64,000 bases of DNA, from NCBI GenBank assembly GCA_963730935.1, contig CAVSTP010000003.1, positions 128,001 through 192,000 on the forward strand, in the 5' to 3' direction. This DNA is from an uncultured Nitrospiraceae bacterium (GTDB lineage Bacteria > Nitrospirota > Nitrospiria > Nitrospirales > Nitrospiraceae). Position numbers and translations under genes: made by a program. Under the pieces are notes generated by a model. It was not told the origin of the DNA, made no database searches, and saw only the letters and a list, made by a program, of their open reading frames with translations. Positions 30,355 through 40,541 of the stretch are shown here, in pieces; position 1 is the first letter of the stretch, and each line of letters starts with the position of its first letter.

Positions 30355-30527
30355 GCCGATATCTTCACTTGAGGATAGGTAACTGGAGGCTTGCATTCGG
30401 CTGCGCATCATCCTATCCTTTTGCCTGCCGTGGCTTTCTAATCCTCTAATTGACGTTCGTCTTTATTGCAGATCTCAGCGGGTCCACGCCGCGCTTCAAC
30501 CTATAATCGTGAACAAGGAGGCAGGGG

Positions 30528-30776
30528 ATGAAGGTACCATCGGCCAAACGGACGGACGAGAAGAAATCCCGAGCAATCATCTCAGTCCCGGATGGCTCGT
30601 CACCGGCGACCAACGAATCCGCACAACGAAAGAAACCGGCTTTCGAGGACTTACACGCTCGTATCAGCCGTCGGGCCTACGAGCTCTATCTCCAGCGTGG
30701 TTGCCGTGAGGGCCATGCCCAGCAAGACTGGCTGGATGCCGAGCGAGATATCATCGATCGTGAGTTTCCAGCCTAG
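30528..30776 (+). CDS. DUF2934-domain protein
   Basis: ISRRAYELYLQRG..GHAQQDWLDAE. Confidence 0.88.
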   Translation: MKVPSAKRTDEKKSRAIISVPDGSSPATNESAQRKKPAFEDLHARISRRAYELYLQRGCREGHAQQDWLDAERDIIDREFPA

Positions 30777-30879
30777 CCGAGGATGTAATTGTTCGTACAT
30801 TGTCCCGGCCGTCGTTTCTCAGAGCGAGGACATCTCGGGTCACTGGCCTCATGGGTCTAGACGAAACGACGCCCATCCG

Positions 30880-30895
30880 CCTACAAACCTGTAGC
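30880..30895. promoter_or_regulatory. palindromic operator core, third copy
   Basis: CCTACA-aacc-TGTAGC upstream of small ORF + REC gene. Confidence 0.5.
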
Positions 30896-31052
30896 CATCC
30901 CTTATAGACAAAGTGGCACACAAGTATTACAGTTCACGACTACGATCGGGTGGAGTAGGGTGAAGTGTGCCGTCACGGCGTTGTTTGCTGTGCTTCGATA
31001 ACTTCTTGTTTTGCTTGAGAACGCGAAGAACCTCTGCTCAGGAAAATGCACT

Positions 31053-31241
31053 ATGTCACATGCAGCTGACAGGACCCTGTCGGAATTTGGAAAGTCTGCA
31101 ATGGCTCTTGTGGAGAGGCTCGAGGGGGACCCTCAGTTCGGTCTCATTGAACAGGTCTTCATTGAAAATCACATTCACATCATTCAATCGGCCTATAGCA
31201 GCTGGAAACGACGGCATCTCAGCAAAGCCAGCGGCGAATGA
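31053..31241 (+). CDS. small helical hypothetical protein (62 aa)
   Basis: AGGA SD; directly upstream of REC gene. Confidence 0.55.
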   Translation: MSHAADRTLSEFGKSAMALVERLEGDPQFGLIEQVFIENHIHIIQSAYSSWKRRHLSKASGE

Positions 31242-31285
31242 ACGCTGCCCGATGGAGGCAGATCTTTTAGCACACCGCTTCTCCC

Positions 31286-31780
31286 ATGGCCACTGCGCAG
31301 AAGATTCGGGTCCTTATTGTGGATGACCATGTCATGGTGCGCCAGGGACTGCGTGCAGTTCTGCAATCCTACCCCAACATCGATGTCGTGGGCGAAGCGG
31401 GAAATGGTGAAGAGGCGCTCTCGAGCGTGGCAAAACTTCAGCCCACCATCGTGGTGATGGACATCAGCATGCCGAGCCTCGACGGCATCGGCGCGACACG
31501 ACTGATCAAAACGCAATACCCACAGATCGCGGTGCTCGGGTTATCGGTCAACGCCCCGAGCTATCATGTCGATGCGATGTTGAAGGCAGGAGCATTTGAC
31601 GTGATCACGAAGGAAAAGGCCGTCGACGAGTTATACAGCGCCATCCAGCGGGCGACAGCCGCCATTCAGCCCATTCTCGTTCTCCAGGAACAGCCACCAG
31701 CAGAACAGGCGGGTGCGTCTGAAGCGGCCGAGGCGCCGCGGACATCCGATATCATGCCGGCAAAAGCGCCCAAGATCTAG
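31286..31780 (+). CDS. NarL-type receiver protein with low-complexity tail (no HTH)
   Basis: LIVDDH, VVMDISMP, LGLS, TKE; Ala/Pro/Glu tail. Confidence 0.9.
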   Translation: MATAQKIRVLIVDDHVMVRQGLRAVLQSYPNIDVVGEAGNGEEALSSVAKLQPTIVVMDISMPSLDGIGATRLIKTQYPQIAVLGLSVNAPSYHVDAMLKAGAFDVITKEKAVDELYSAIQRATAAIQPILVLQEQPPAEQAGASEAAEAPRTSDIMPAKAPKI

Positions 31781-32067
31781 CGGTCACGAGTACCCGGAAA
31801 GCGACCCTGCTGCCTTCGAGCTTCTGCCTCCCGATCGATCGTCTTCAATGCTTCCAGTTGAAACGTGAGTTCTGCGATGCGCCGATCACGCTCGCGTACC
31901 TGCCGCTGAAGAGATTGCACCACCGCCGACTGAGCGCCCATCGGTTCGACCCTGCTGCTGTCGGACGCCTGGGGCAGGCGCTCGGGCAGGTGTTCGGGCG
32001 GGGACACGGTCCCACATGCGGAAAACGCAGTGAGCGCCAGCGCACTGATGATGAACGCAACCCACAT
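31777..32067 (-). CDS. small coiled-coil lipoprotein
   Basis: Lipobox FSAC; LQRQVRERDRRIAELTFQLEALKTID. Confidence 0.65.
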   Translation of the reverse strand: MWVAFIISALALTAFSACGTVSPPEHLPERLPQASDSSRVEPMGAQSAVVQSLQRQVRERDRRIAELTFQLEALKTIDREAEARRQQGRFPGTRDR

Positions 32068-32245
32068 ATCACTAAATCCTACGTCTAGCTGACCAAAGTC
32101 GCTCGCGAAAGCCTTCTTTTTAACTCTAGCAACGTCCAATTGAAGCGCATTCCCCGAAGGAGGGATAACGATCCCCCCTGAACGAGGAAGGCGGTGTGGA
32201 GGTTCAGCCCGTACACTTTTGATGGGACCTGCGTAGGAGGGACAC

Positions 32246-32632
32246 ATGACCCGACGCCAGTATGCTCGCCGTCAATCTCGCCGCGCGCTGATATGGCGCG
32301 TCTTCTATGGCAGCGGAGAGCTCGTGGGACAAGGCAGCATCGTGGACGTCCACGAGACCGGCTGCCGAGTCACCGGCCGCACGCCTGTCGAAGTCGGCAC
32401 GCATCTTCGGCTCTGCATCTGGCCGACCGACAATCCGACCGACATTATTGTGGTGCAGGGCACTGTCAGGTGGGCCAGAGGGCTCGAATTTGGGTTACTC
32501 CTCGACGGACAGATGCCGAACCTTGACGAACTCGCGCGCCAGAGAAATGACGACACTCACTCTACGAACCCTCTCGACTGTGCGAATCCTCCGTACAAGC
32601 CTTTGGGCGGTGGATCCGAAAAGCGAGCATAA
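32246..32632 (+). CDS. PilZ-domain protein
   Basis: RRQSRR, DVHETG, TVRW, EFGL; AGGAGG SD. Confidence 0.8.
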   Translation: MTRRQYARRQSRRALIWRVFYGSGELVGQGSIVDVHETGCRVTGRTPVEVGTHLRLCIWPTDNPTDIIVVQGTVRWARGLEFGLLLDGQMPNLDELARQRNDDTHSTNPLDCANPPYKPLGGGSEKRA

Positions 32633-32939
32633 CCTGCTAGAAATTAAAGGGATTATTGGGTTGATACTACATTGACGTGCCCGGTTCCTGCGATAGCTAT
32701 TTATTATAGTGAAGAACATGGCCGCTACAGACGGCACCCATATCTGCCTCTTCATGCTCGAACAAAAACGCCAAGGGGTATTTCACGGGCAATTTCATCT
32801 GTACCTATTGCGAAGACCAAACCGATAGAGACGCTGACGTCCACGCGTACTTCGGACCGGTTTCCCGTCTTACTTGACCGGCCCGCGAGACTGTTGCTTA
32901 AGGTGGACAAATCCGTCCCCTAGCGATACTCTCTAAGCG

Positions 32940-33254
32940 ATGAATCGACTCATCGGGAAGAAAATCCTCGTGCTTCTGGCCATCTGGTTGCTGACCGGAG
33001 GCCTTGCTCTCGCCGACTCTTTCGACCTCACGGATGAACTTCAGCTTGCGCTCATTGACCGCACCTGCGCCCTCGAAACGGATCCAGACGAGGTGCGCGA
33101 GTCGATTGTTGACGCCGTCGCGTCCCTCGGCATGCGCGGACCGAATCTGGCCCCGTGCGGTGGCGCATTTTCAGAGACTCCTCCTTGCTCAGACCTCCTT
33201 GTGCTGGCCCTCATGCGACCTCTGCCGGAAGTCCTCAAAACATTTCGGATTTGA
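32940..33254 (+). CDS. small exported protein directly upstream of the RND pump (candidate leader ORF)
   Basis: Signal peptide (ALA-D), acidic middle, 3 Cys, ends LPEVLKTFRI. Confidence 0.65.
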   Translation: MNRLIGKKILVLLAIWLLTGGLALADSFDLTDELQLALIDRTCALETDPDEVRESIVDAVASLGMRGPNLAPCGGAFSETPPCSDLLVLALMRPLPEVLKTFRI

Positions 33255-33280
33255 GTTCACACGTCAACTAATTCCCTCTC

Positions 33281-33307
33281 GTGACCGGCGTGGCTGGTGC
33301 CGGTCAC
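33281..33307 (+). promoter_or_regulatory. 9-bp GC-rich hairpin between leader ORF and RND gene
   Basis: GTGACCGGC-9 nt-GCCGGTCAC, no U tract. Confidence 0.55.
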
Positions 33308-33353
33308 CTTGACCGAGGCATGACTCCGTGTTGAAGGAGGCCGATAGGTCCCG

Positions 33354-36300
33354 ATGCTTGAACGTGTCATCAGTTTTTCTCTGACACAACGCCTGTTCGT
33401 CTGCCTCGTAGGTCTCGGGCTGATGTTCGGCGGACTCTACGCATTTCACATCCTTGACGTCGTGGCCTATCCCGATCCCTCGCCGCCTATGATCGAAGTC
33501 ATCACCCAATATCCCGGGTGGTCGGCCGAGCAGATGGAACGGGCCATCACGCTGCCGATCGAAATTGCGCTGCAAGGGATGCCGGGACTCACGGACATCC
33601 GGTCCTTGTCGATTTTCGGACTCAGCGACATCAAAGTGTACTTCCAGTTCGGCACCGACTATTTCCGCGACCGGCAGGAGGTCCTCAACCGCCTGCAGTT
33701 GATCACCTTGCCTCAAAACGTGCAGCCGGCGATTTCTCCCTGGTCGGCCATTGCCGAAATCTATCGGTATGAAGTGGAAGGCGCCGGGAAATCGCTCACC
33801 GATCTCAAAACCATTCAGGAATGGCAGATCCGGCGGGAGTTCAAGCGAGTGCCCGGGGTCATCGACGTCACCACGTTCGGCGGGACTGCCAAGGAATTCC
33901 ACGTCGATCTCGATCCCGGCCGGCTCATCAGCTACAACGTCACGCTTGATCAAGTGATGGATGCGTTGTCAAAGAGCAATACGGACGTCGGCGGAAACTA
34001 TCTGACCATGGGCGCCCAAAGTTTCAACGTGCGAGGCATGGGCTTGATGAAGAGCCTCGACGACATTGCGGACACAGTCGTGACGGAGAAGGATGGAACT
34101 CCCATCTTCGTGCGCCATCTGGGACAGACGAGCGTCGGGCACCGGGTCCGCCTCGGGAAAGTGGGCATCAATGACCGTGACGACGTGGTGGAAGGGGTGG
34201 TCTTGCTGCAACGGGGGGAGCAGGCGTTGCCCGTGCTGGAACGAGTGCACAAGAAGGTCGAGGAGTTGAACAATCACCGCCTTTCCGGCGGCGTGGCGAT
34301 CAAGACGTTCTACGACCGGACCCAGCTGATCCACACCACGATCGAAACGGTCGTCGATATCTTGATCGCCGGCGTCGTGCTTGTCTCGATCATCCTGTAC
34401 ATCTTCTTGGGCCATGGACGGACGGCCCTGATCGTGGCGCTCACGGTGCCCGTCGCGCTCCTGTTTACCTTCTGCATCATGGTGATGCACGGCCAGTCGG
34501 CGAACCTCATTTCCCTGGGCGCGATCGATTTCGGGATCATCGTCGATTCGACACTGATCATGGTGGAAAGCATTTTCTATCATATCTCACACAAGCGGGC
34601 GCAGGGTTTGACTGTGCCGATGCACGTGATGCGGGCCGCCAAGGAAGTCGGACGCCCGATCTTTTTTGCAACGACCATTATCGTCGTCGCATTCATGCCG
34701 CTCTTCACTATGACGGGCGTGCCGGGGAAAATTTTTGCACCGATGTCCCTCACGTACGGTCTGGCGTTGACGGGAGCACTCCTGATGGCGTTCACGCTCG
34801 CTCCGGCGCTGTGCGTACTGCTGTTGGCCGGAGAAGTGCGCGAGCACGATACGGCGGTCGTCGAATGGATCAGAGAAAAATATATGGCCACCTTGGCGTG
34901 GGCGTTGGACCATGAAGTGATCGTCATCGCCCTGGCCGGCGGAGCGCTGGCCGTGGCAATTTTGGCAGTCCCCTTCATCGGCGGTGAATTCATGCCGGCC
35001 CTGGAAGAAGGCAATATCTGGATGCGGGCGACCCTGCCCGTGGACATTTCCTTTGAGCAGGCGGCGCAGCTGGCCACGGACATCCGCCAGGTCTTCCGGG
35101 ACGTTCCTGAAGTGATCGATGTGGCCTCGCAGCTCGGGCGTCCGGACGATGGAACGGATCCGACCAGTTTTTTCAATGCCGAGTTCCTCGTGACGCTTCA
35201 GCCGCGGTCAGCCTGGCGGGCGTTGCTCAAGGACAAACACGCGCTCATCTCCGAGATCGAACAGGAGCTCGCCTCGTTCCCCGGCATCTCATTCAACTTC
35301 TCGCAAGCCATCCAGGACAACGTGCAGGAAGCGATGTCCGGCGTCAAAGGTGAAAACGCGGTCAAACTCTATGGTCCTGACCTCCGGCAGCTAGAGGCGC
35401 TGGCCATGGAGATTCAACGGCACATGGAAAAGGTCCGTGGCGTGAAGGATCTTGGCGTGCTTCATCTGCTGGGCCAGCCGAACTTGATCATCGAAGTGGA
35501 CCGGCAGGAGTGCGCCCGGTATGGCTTGAAAGTCGGCGACGTGAACGGCGTAATACAGGCGGCGATCGGCGGACAATCCGTGACCCAGGTCTATGAGGGA
35601 GAAAAATGGTTTGATCTCGTTGTCAGGTTCCTGCCGGAATATCGCCGCGACAATGAAACGATCGGCCAAATCCTCGTCAGCACCCCGGACGGAGCGAGGA
35701 TTCCGATCAAGCAATTGGCCACGATCACCGAGCAAACCGGCGCCTTCATCATCTATCGTGAAAACAACGAGCGGTATATTCCGATCAAGTTCAGCGTGCG
35801 AGGCCGGGATTTGGAGGGGACGGTGACGGACGCCCAGGCTGTGCTGGCGGAGCACCTCTCTCTGCCAGAAGGCTATCACATCGAATGGCACGGCGAATAC
35901 GATCAGCTCCAGGATGAAAAAACCCGCCTCGCGAGCATCGTGCCCGTGACGCTGCTGCTCATTCTCTTTCTCGTCTATCTCGTGCTCAATTCCATGCGCG
36001 ATGCGTTGCTGGTCCTCATCGCCGTGCCGTTCGCCCTGGTCGGCGGCGTTCTGGCCCTGGCGCTGACTCGAACGCATTTCAGCATCTCGGCCGCTGTCGG
36101 CTTCATTTCGCTCTTCGGTGTGGCGGTGCAAGGTGCCCTCATTCTCGTGTCCCGCATCCGTGACCTTCTGCTGGAAGGGTTTGACATCCGCACGGCGATC
36201 ATGAAAAGCGCCGAAGTCCGCATGCGCCCGGTCTTGATGACATCGTTGGCCGCTGCCATCGGGCTGATTCCCGCCGCAGTCGCCACCGGCATCGGCGCTC

Positions 36301-36440
36301 AATCGCAACAGCCGCTTGCACGCGTCGTCGTCGGGGGGATGCTCACATCGGCGGCGTTGATCCTTCTCGTGCTTCCCATTCTCTACCGGCTGGCCTATCG
36401 ATGGAGCGAGAGCGTGCCGAAGGAACAGGAATCGCCCTGA
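33354..36440 (+). CDS. CusA/CzcA-family heavy-metal efflux RND permease
   Basis: 1028 aa; NLISLGAIDFGIIVD, GGEFMPALEEG, GRPDDGTD, RMRPVLMT, QQPLARVVVGG. Confidence 0.95.
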   Translation: MLERVISFSLTQRLFVCLVGLGLMFGGLYAFHILDVVAYPDPSPPMIEVITQYPGWSAEQMERAITLPIEIALQGMPGLTDIRSLSIFGLSDIKVYFQFGTDYFRDRQEVLNRLQLITLPQNVQPAISPWSAIAEIYRYEVEGAGKSLTDLKTIQEWQIRREFKRVPGVIDVTTFGGTAKEFHVDLDPGRLISYNVTLDQVMDALSKSNTDVGGNYLTMGAQSFNVRGMGLMKSLDDIADTVVTEKDGTPIFVRHLGQTSVGHRVRLGKVGINDRDDVVEGVVLLQRGEQALPVLERVHKKVEELNNHRLSGGVAIKTFYDRTQLIHTTIETVVDILIAGVVLVSIILYIFLGHGRTALIVALTVPVALLFTFCIMVMHGQSANLISLGAIDFGIIVDSTLIMVESIFYHISHKRAQGLTVPMHVMRAAKEVGRPIFFATTIIVVAFMPLFTMTGVPGKIFAPMSLTYGLALTGALLMAFTLAPALCVLLLAGEVREHDTAVVEWIREKYMATLAWALDHEVIVIALAGGALAVAILAVPFIGGEFMPALEEGNIWMRATLPVDISFEQAAQLATDIRQVFRDVPEVIDVASQLGRPDDGTDPTSFFNAEFLVTLQPRSAWRALLKDKHALISEIEQELASFPGISFNFSQAIQDNVQEAMSGVKGENAVKLYGPDLRQLEALAMEIQRHMEKVRGVKDLGVLHLLGQPNLIIEVDRQECARYGLKVGDVNGVIQAAIGGQSVTQVYEGEKWFDLVVRFLPEYRRDNETIGQILVSTPDGARIPIKQLATITEQTGAFIIYRENNERYIPIKFSVRGRDLEGTVTDAQAVLAEHLSLPEGYHIEWHGEYDQLQDEKTRLASIVPVTLLLILFLVYLVLNSMRDALLVLIAVPFALVGGVLALALTRTHFSISAAVGFISLFGVAVQGALILVSRIRDLLLEGFDIRTAIMKSAEVRMRPVLMTSLAAAIGLIPAAVATGIGAQSQQPLARVVVGGMLTSAALILLVLPILYRLAYRWSESVPKEQESP

Positions 36441-37005
36441 CCAGGTACCGCAAAGGGCTTCCGGAGAAGAGGGCGTCGAACGGGTAACAGGTCACGAGAA
36501 TGAGCTCCTCGCTGTCGTCGGCCAGGCGGATCGCGTCGGTCCGGGCATCGACGATGGCCCTGTCGAGGACGCGGTAGCGCAGGCTGTGTCCGTCCGGTGT
36601 GTCGATCAGAATCTCGTCCATTTCCTTCAAGCGCCCCACGAACGCAAAATGCGTGTCCCGATGGCCGGTGAGCACGGTGGTACCGCCAGCGCCCGGTAAT
36701 GAACTGGATTCCGCAAACGCGGGGCCAAAGGCCAAGGTCCGGCCATACGCGCCATTCAACACGATCACATCGATCTGCTCTGAGGGCACACGCAGCCGGC
36801 CCACGGGCCAGGTATCGGCCCAGGGCCAAGGCTTGGCCTGCAAGTGTCCGGCGAGTGTCTGGGACCAGGCCCGTTGCAGGAGCACCTGCGCGAGCCTGGC
36901 CTTCGCATAGATCCACGATCCTTCCCCGATTTGCCACAGCCCGACGGCGAGGAAGCACACCGTCAGCATGATAAGCGGACGGGGAGTGGTCTGAACCGGG
37001 CTCAT
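36343..37005 (-). CDS. class GN sortase
   Basis: AKARLAQVLL, PWPWADTWP, LAFGP, GHRDTHF, LVTCYPF, catalytic Arg in LRYLV; ATGA overlap with upstream gene. Confidence 0.93.
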   Translation of the reverse strand: MSPVQTTPRPLIMLTVCFLAVGLWQIGEGSWIYAKARLAQVLLQRAWSQTLAGHLQAKPWPWADTWPVGRLRVPSEQIDVIVLNGAYGRTLAFGPAFAESSSLPGAGGTTVLTGHRDTHFAFVGRLKEMDEILIDTPDGHSLRYRVLDRAIVDARTDAIRLADDSEELILVTCYPFDALFSGSPLRYLVRAIPVPSARSRSIDRPAGREWEAREGSTPPM

Positions 37006-39116
37006 GCAATTCGGCATCGATGGCGCCACATCCAGAACGAGAGCACGAGCGCCATCACGCCGATCAGCATATGCCATGGCGCGTTCGTTGCCGTCCTGGG
37101 CAAACCAAAGAGGGCCTGGTAGTCCTGACCCTCCGGGAGATTGGTCTTCATTGCATGGGTGGTCAGCGACGCGTTGCTCGGCCTGATGGGCTCCGTATCC
37201 ACGGCAACCAGACTCGTGTAGGGGCTGACGAGGTGATGGGCCAGTGCAACCTCGATCACCGATTGCCGGATCGCTGCCTCGGCTCCCTCCGGGCTGTGGC
37301 GATCCATCAGCGACGCGATTTTCTGTCTGGCCCAATACCCAGACAGGCCGCCTCTGGATGGGCCGCCAGGCAGATCGATCGATTGTGTCCACGTTTTTGA
37401 ATTGAACAGACCGGTCAGGGTCACTGTTGAGGGAGCGGTGGATGTTCTGAAGGCGAGAACGACAGGCTCGCCTTCGTACAAATCGGGTATCCTCGGCGGA
37501 AACACCTCTGTGGTCGTCTCAAAGCCTCCTACCTGAATGTCCGTCAGCACGGGCCGCTCCAACTTCCTGAAGATCGCGTCCATCTGCGCTTTCACTTCGC
37601 TGGTGCTGCCGATGTGTGTGAAGGTGCCTCGCCCGAATTCCGCCGCCTTTCGCATGAAATGGCTGTTCGGCGCCGAACCGATCCCGATAGTAAACAATCG
37701 GCTCTGTCCCAATTGCGCCCGAATGACGCCGAACAGTTCCTCTTCGTTGCCCACCTGTCCGTCCGTCAAGAAGATTACTTGCCGCAGATGGGTCGCCGGA
37801 GGGAGACCTTTGAGCGCCATTTTCATGGCGGGAAGAATTTCCGTGCCTCCGTTGGCATGAAGCCGCTCGACATACCGGACGGCCTTGCCGAGAGTATCCG
37901 TTCTAACGGCCTGCGCCTCGGAGAACAATAAATGTGTGGTGCTGTTGAATTGGATCACGTTGAACCGGTCCTGCGAGGTGAGCCGACCGAGTGCAAGCAG
38001 GAGGGCCGCCTTGGCCTGTTCGATGGACGTGCCAGCCATCGAGCCGGATGTGTCGATGACGAAGATCGTTTCGCGCGGCAGCGTCGTCACCATCTCGTTC
38101 GATGCAGGGGGAGTGACCATCAAGAGGCCGTAGGTACTGTCGTGCTGCTGCTCGATATAGACGATGGCGGCCGGAAAAGATCCTTCGGCGGGCTGCCAGG
38201 TCAATTGAAAATCCCGGTTGGCCGGGACGTGATCCCGTCGGAGTGTGATATGCCGTCTGCCGTCCTGGTCAGGGATGATCAGGATTTCATGATAGGGCGA
38301 ATCGATTTTTCCCAAAGGAAAGCCGGCGGCAAGATCAACGGTCAGGCTCACCGGATTGATGGCGCCATGCGTGGGCTCTACGGGCGGGGTGATCCGTGAG
38401 GCATCGGTGACGCGGTCGGTATTGGGCGACCAGCCTGACCCCTGGAGTTCTTCCTCGATGACGACCGGTGTCCCCGGGATGTAGCGAGGACCCACGACCA
38501 TCGGGAAACGCAGGGAGAACACCCCCTGATCGTAGCGCACCGTTTCCTGATACTCGATTTCGACCGTGATCCGGTCCTGTGGGGCGATGTTGGCGATCGA
38601 GACAGTGAACACGTTCGGTCGCTCCTGTTCTACGAGGCTTGCCCGCGTGCCTTCCTGCTTCGCCTGCTCATAACGTCGCTTGGCCTCGGCACGCTCGCGG
38701 ATTTCTCCCGTGATCACTCGATCGCCCACCTTCATCCGCAGATGATCGACCGCGGCGCTGTCTGGAAGCGGAAACACATAGATACCCTCTGCCCAATCGT
38801 CCTTGACCCGGCTCGGGTTGATGAATTCCTGCGTGAGCGTCGTTCGGGCGATGATGCCGGTGATGGAGATGTTGACGTCGGTCTTCAACAGAGGGGCCGG
38901 AAGGTAACGGCCCCGCTCATGGGTCTTGAAGAGGAGACTCCCTTGCGTCACGTCCCTGAGCGTCATGCCGTTCTCATTGAGTGGAGGCTCGCCACAGGCG
39001 AGGAGCACCGGCAGGACCCCGAACCATGAGAGAATGACCGTCAGCAGCGTGAGCAGAACGGCTTGCGTCGTGCGTTTCCGGATCTGTTGCTGTGCTATCT
39101 CGTTGAACAGTGTCAT
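37002..39116 (-). CDS. VIT + vWA sortase target protein with LPRTA sorting signal
   Basis: EGIYVFPLP (VIT), DTSGSM MIDAS, FLTDG, C-terminal LPRTAT-TM-RHRCR. Confidence 0.93.
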   Translation of the reverse strand: MTLFNEIAQQQIRKRTTQAVLLTLLTVILSWFGVLPVLLACGEPPLNENGMTLRDVTQGSLLFKTHERGRYLPAPLLKTDVNISITGIIARTTLTQEFINPSRVKDDWAEGIYVFPLPDSAAVDHLRMKVGDRVITGEIRERAEAKRRYEQAKQEGTRASLVEQERPNVFTVSIANIAPQDRITVEIEYQETVRYDQGVFSLRFPMVVGPRYIPGTPVVIEEELQGSGWSPNTDRVTDASRITPPVEPTHGAINPVSLTVDLAAGFPLGKIDSPYHEILIIPDQDGRRHITLRRDHVPANRDFQLTWQPAEGSFPAAIVYIEQQHDSTYGLLMVTPPASNEMVTTLPRETIFVIDTSGSMAGTSIEQAKAALLLALGRLTSQDRFNVIQFNSTTHLLFSEAQAVRTDTLGKAVRYVERLHANGGTEILPAMKMALKGLPPATHLRQVIFLTDGQVGNEEELFGVIRAQLGQSRLFTIGIGSAPNSHFMRKAAEFGRGTFTHIGSTSEVKAQMDAIFRKLERPVLTDIQVGGFETTTEVFPPRIPDLYEGEPVVLAFRTSTAPSTVTLTGLFNSKTWTQSIDLPGGPSRGGLSGYWARQKIASLMDRHSPEGAEAAIRQSVIEVALAHHLVSPYTSLVAVDTEPIRPSNASLTTHAMKTNLPEGQDYQALFGLPRTATNAPWHMLIGVMALVLSFWMWRHRCRIA

Positions 39117-39201
39117 GCGTCCTCGTCTGATGGAGGTGAGGGTGGAGATGTGCAGCCGCGTCTGCACGAGACGACTCGTGCAGACGCGCGCATGAGTGTG
39201 G

Positions 39202-40014
39202 TCAGCTGCCGGAGGCCGGGTCGGCCGGCGCAGTCCCGTTGTCGGTTTCAGAGGTATTGGCCGAAGGCACGAGACTGTCGATGAGTGAGCCTTCTGCTTC
39301 GCTGTTGGGGCCAGCGTCGGCAGATGCCTGCGTTGCCTGCCTTGGATCAGGCGCCGAGGTGGTCATGACGACCGGTGCTCGCATGTGTTCTTCGCCAATG
39401 GGACGAATTTCCAGATGGACACGGCGGTTCATCTGGCGGCAGACGTCGCTCATATCGATGCAAAGCACACCCTCTTTTCCAAGACTGACGGTCTTGATTT
39501 GATGTTCCGCGACGCCCGCAGTGATCAATTCCGTCTTCACGGTTTCGGCCCGCTTGAGCCCGAGCTTCATGTTGTAGCTCGGTGATCCCTGTTGATCGGT
39601 GTAGCCCTGTACCAGGACTCCCAGGTTCCCATCCTGCTTGAGGATCGAGGCCTGCGCTTGCAGGAGCGTTCTCGCTTCATCGGTCAATCCCTTGCGGCCG
39701 ACCTCGAAATACAGGTCGGTATGAAGGATGCCAGACTTAGCGGAAGCCGCCGGGGCTTCCTCGATCTTCGACCGTGACACCGAAACCGGCGTGATCATGG
39801 GTTGGGAGGTCTTGAGCGCCTCGCTGACCTGCGAACCGTTCAATGGCTCGTGACCGGTGCCCTGTTCGGTTGACGAGTAATACCAAATAGCTCCGATGAC
39901 GGCGGCCAGGCTCACGATGAGCCCCGACACCACCAACACGTCTTTATCCTTCTTGGGCCCGGAGATGCTGGGAGCGATATTGCCGGATGTGATCTGTGAC
40001 GGACCTTTCTGCAT
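39202..40014 (-). CDS. membrane-anchored OmpA-family (PG-binding) protein, PdsO-like
   Basis: N-terminal TM; GYTDQQG..YNMKLGLKRA..NRRV; AAGGAGG SD. Confidence 0.9.
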   Translation of the reverse strand: MQKGPSQITSGNIAPSISGPKKDKDVLVVSGLIVSLAAVIGAIWYYSSTEQGTGHEPLNGSQVSEALKTSQPMITPVSVSRSKIEEAPAASAKSGILHTDLYFEVGRKGLTDEARTLLQAQASILKQDGNLGVLVQGYTDQQGSPSYNMKLGLKRAETVKTELITAGVAEHQIKTVSLGKEGVLCIDMSDVCRQMNRRVHLEIRPIGEEHMRAPVVMTTSAPDPRQATQASADAGPNSEAEGSLIDSLVPSANTSETDNGTAPADPASGS

Positions 40015-40145
40015 GATGAAATCCTCCTTGTCGGGCTACTCAATGGTGATTGCTTGACGGTCCTTTAGTTGTTTGAGCCGTTGGGACAGGCTGGCTTCAC
40101 CTCCTTTTCCGTCCCTGATCTGTCTCTTGTTTGACCGGGTGCTTG

Positions 40146-40161
40146 AGCAACCAGAGTGCCG
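40146..40161 (-). promoter_or_regulatory. sigma54 -24/-12 promoter of the OmpA-vWA-sortase operon
   Basis: Minus strand CGGCAC-TCTGG-TTGCT, near consensus, ~130 nt before ATG. Confidence 0.75.
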
Positions 40162-40541
40162 ACGAAATTGAACGCCGCCGTTGACCTAAATACGAGATGA
40201 ATCAAGCGTTTAAGCGATTGGTGGTGAGGCAAAGTGCATGCGGGGAAAGCGAGCCCAGCATGCCATGCGGGGATAGCCCCGCACAGAATGAGGGCAGGCA
40301 AGTCACCGTAGGGCTCGCGAGAGGCATGTCTCAAAGACCCTTGCTCGACACGAACAAAGAGCTTTGAAGGGCCATTGGTAGAAAACAGCTCATGGATACC
40401 TGCCGGACATTGACGTAGACTTGTCGGGATCGTTTCCGAACATCCTGATGTGTCTTCGTATCCAAAGCTGCACGAGCTTCATCCATAGCTATGACAACGG
40501 AGCACAGGTCGTGTCTTGCAATCGCGTCAGTGGAGGTCTTT

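Noticed and set aside
35391..36308. 305-aa minus-strand ORF
   Set aside because: Antisense shadow of the RND gene in GC-rich DNA
37006..37392. Long N-terminal extension of the sortase ORF
   Set aside because: Overlaps the vWA gene out of frame; ATG 37005 gives standard ATGA coupling
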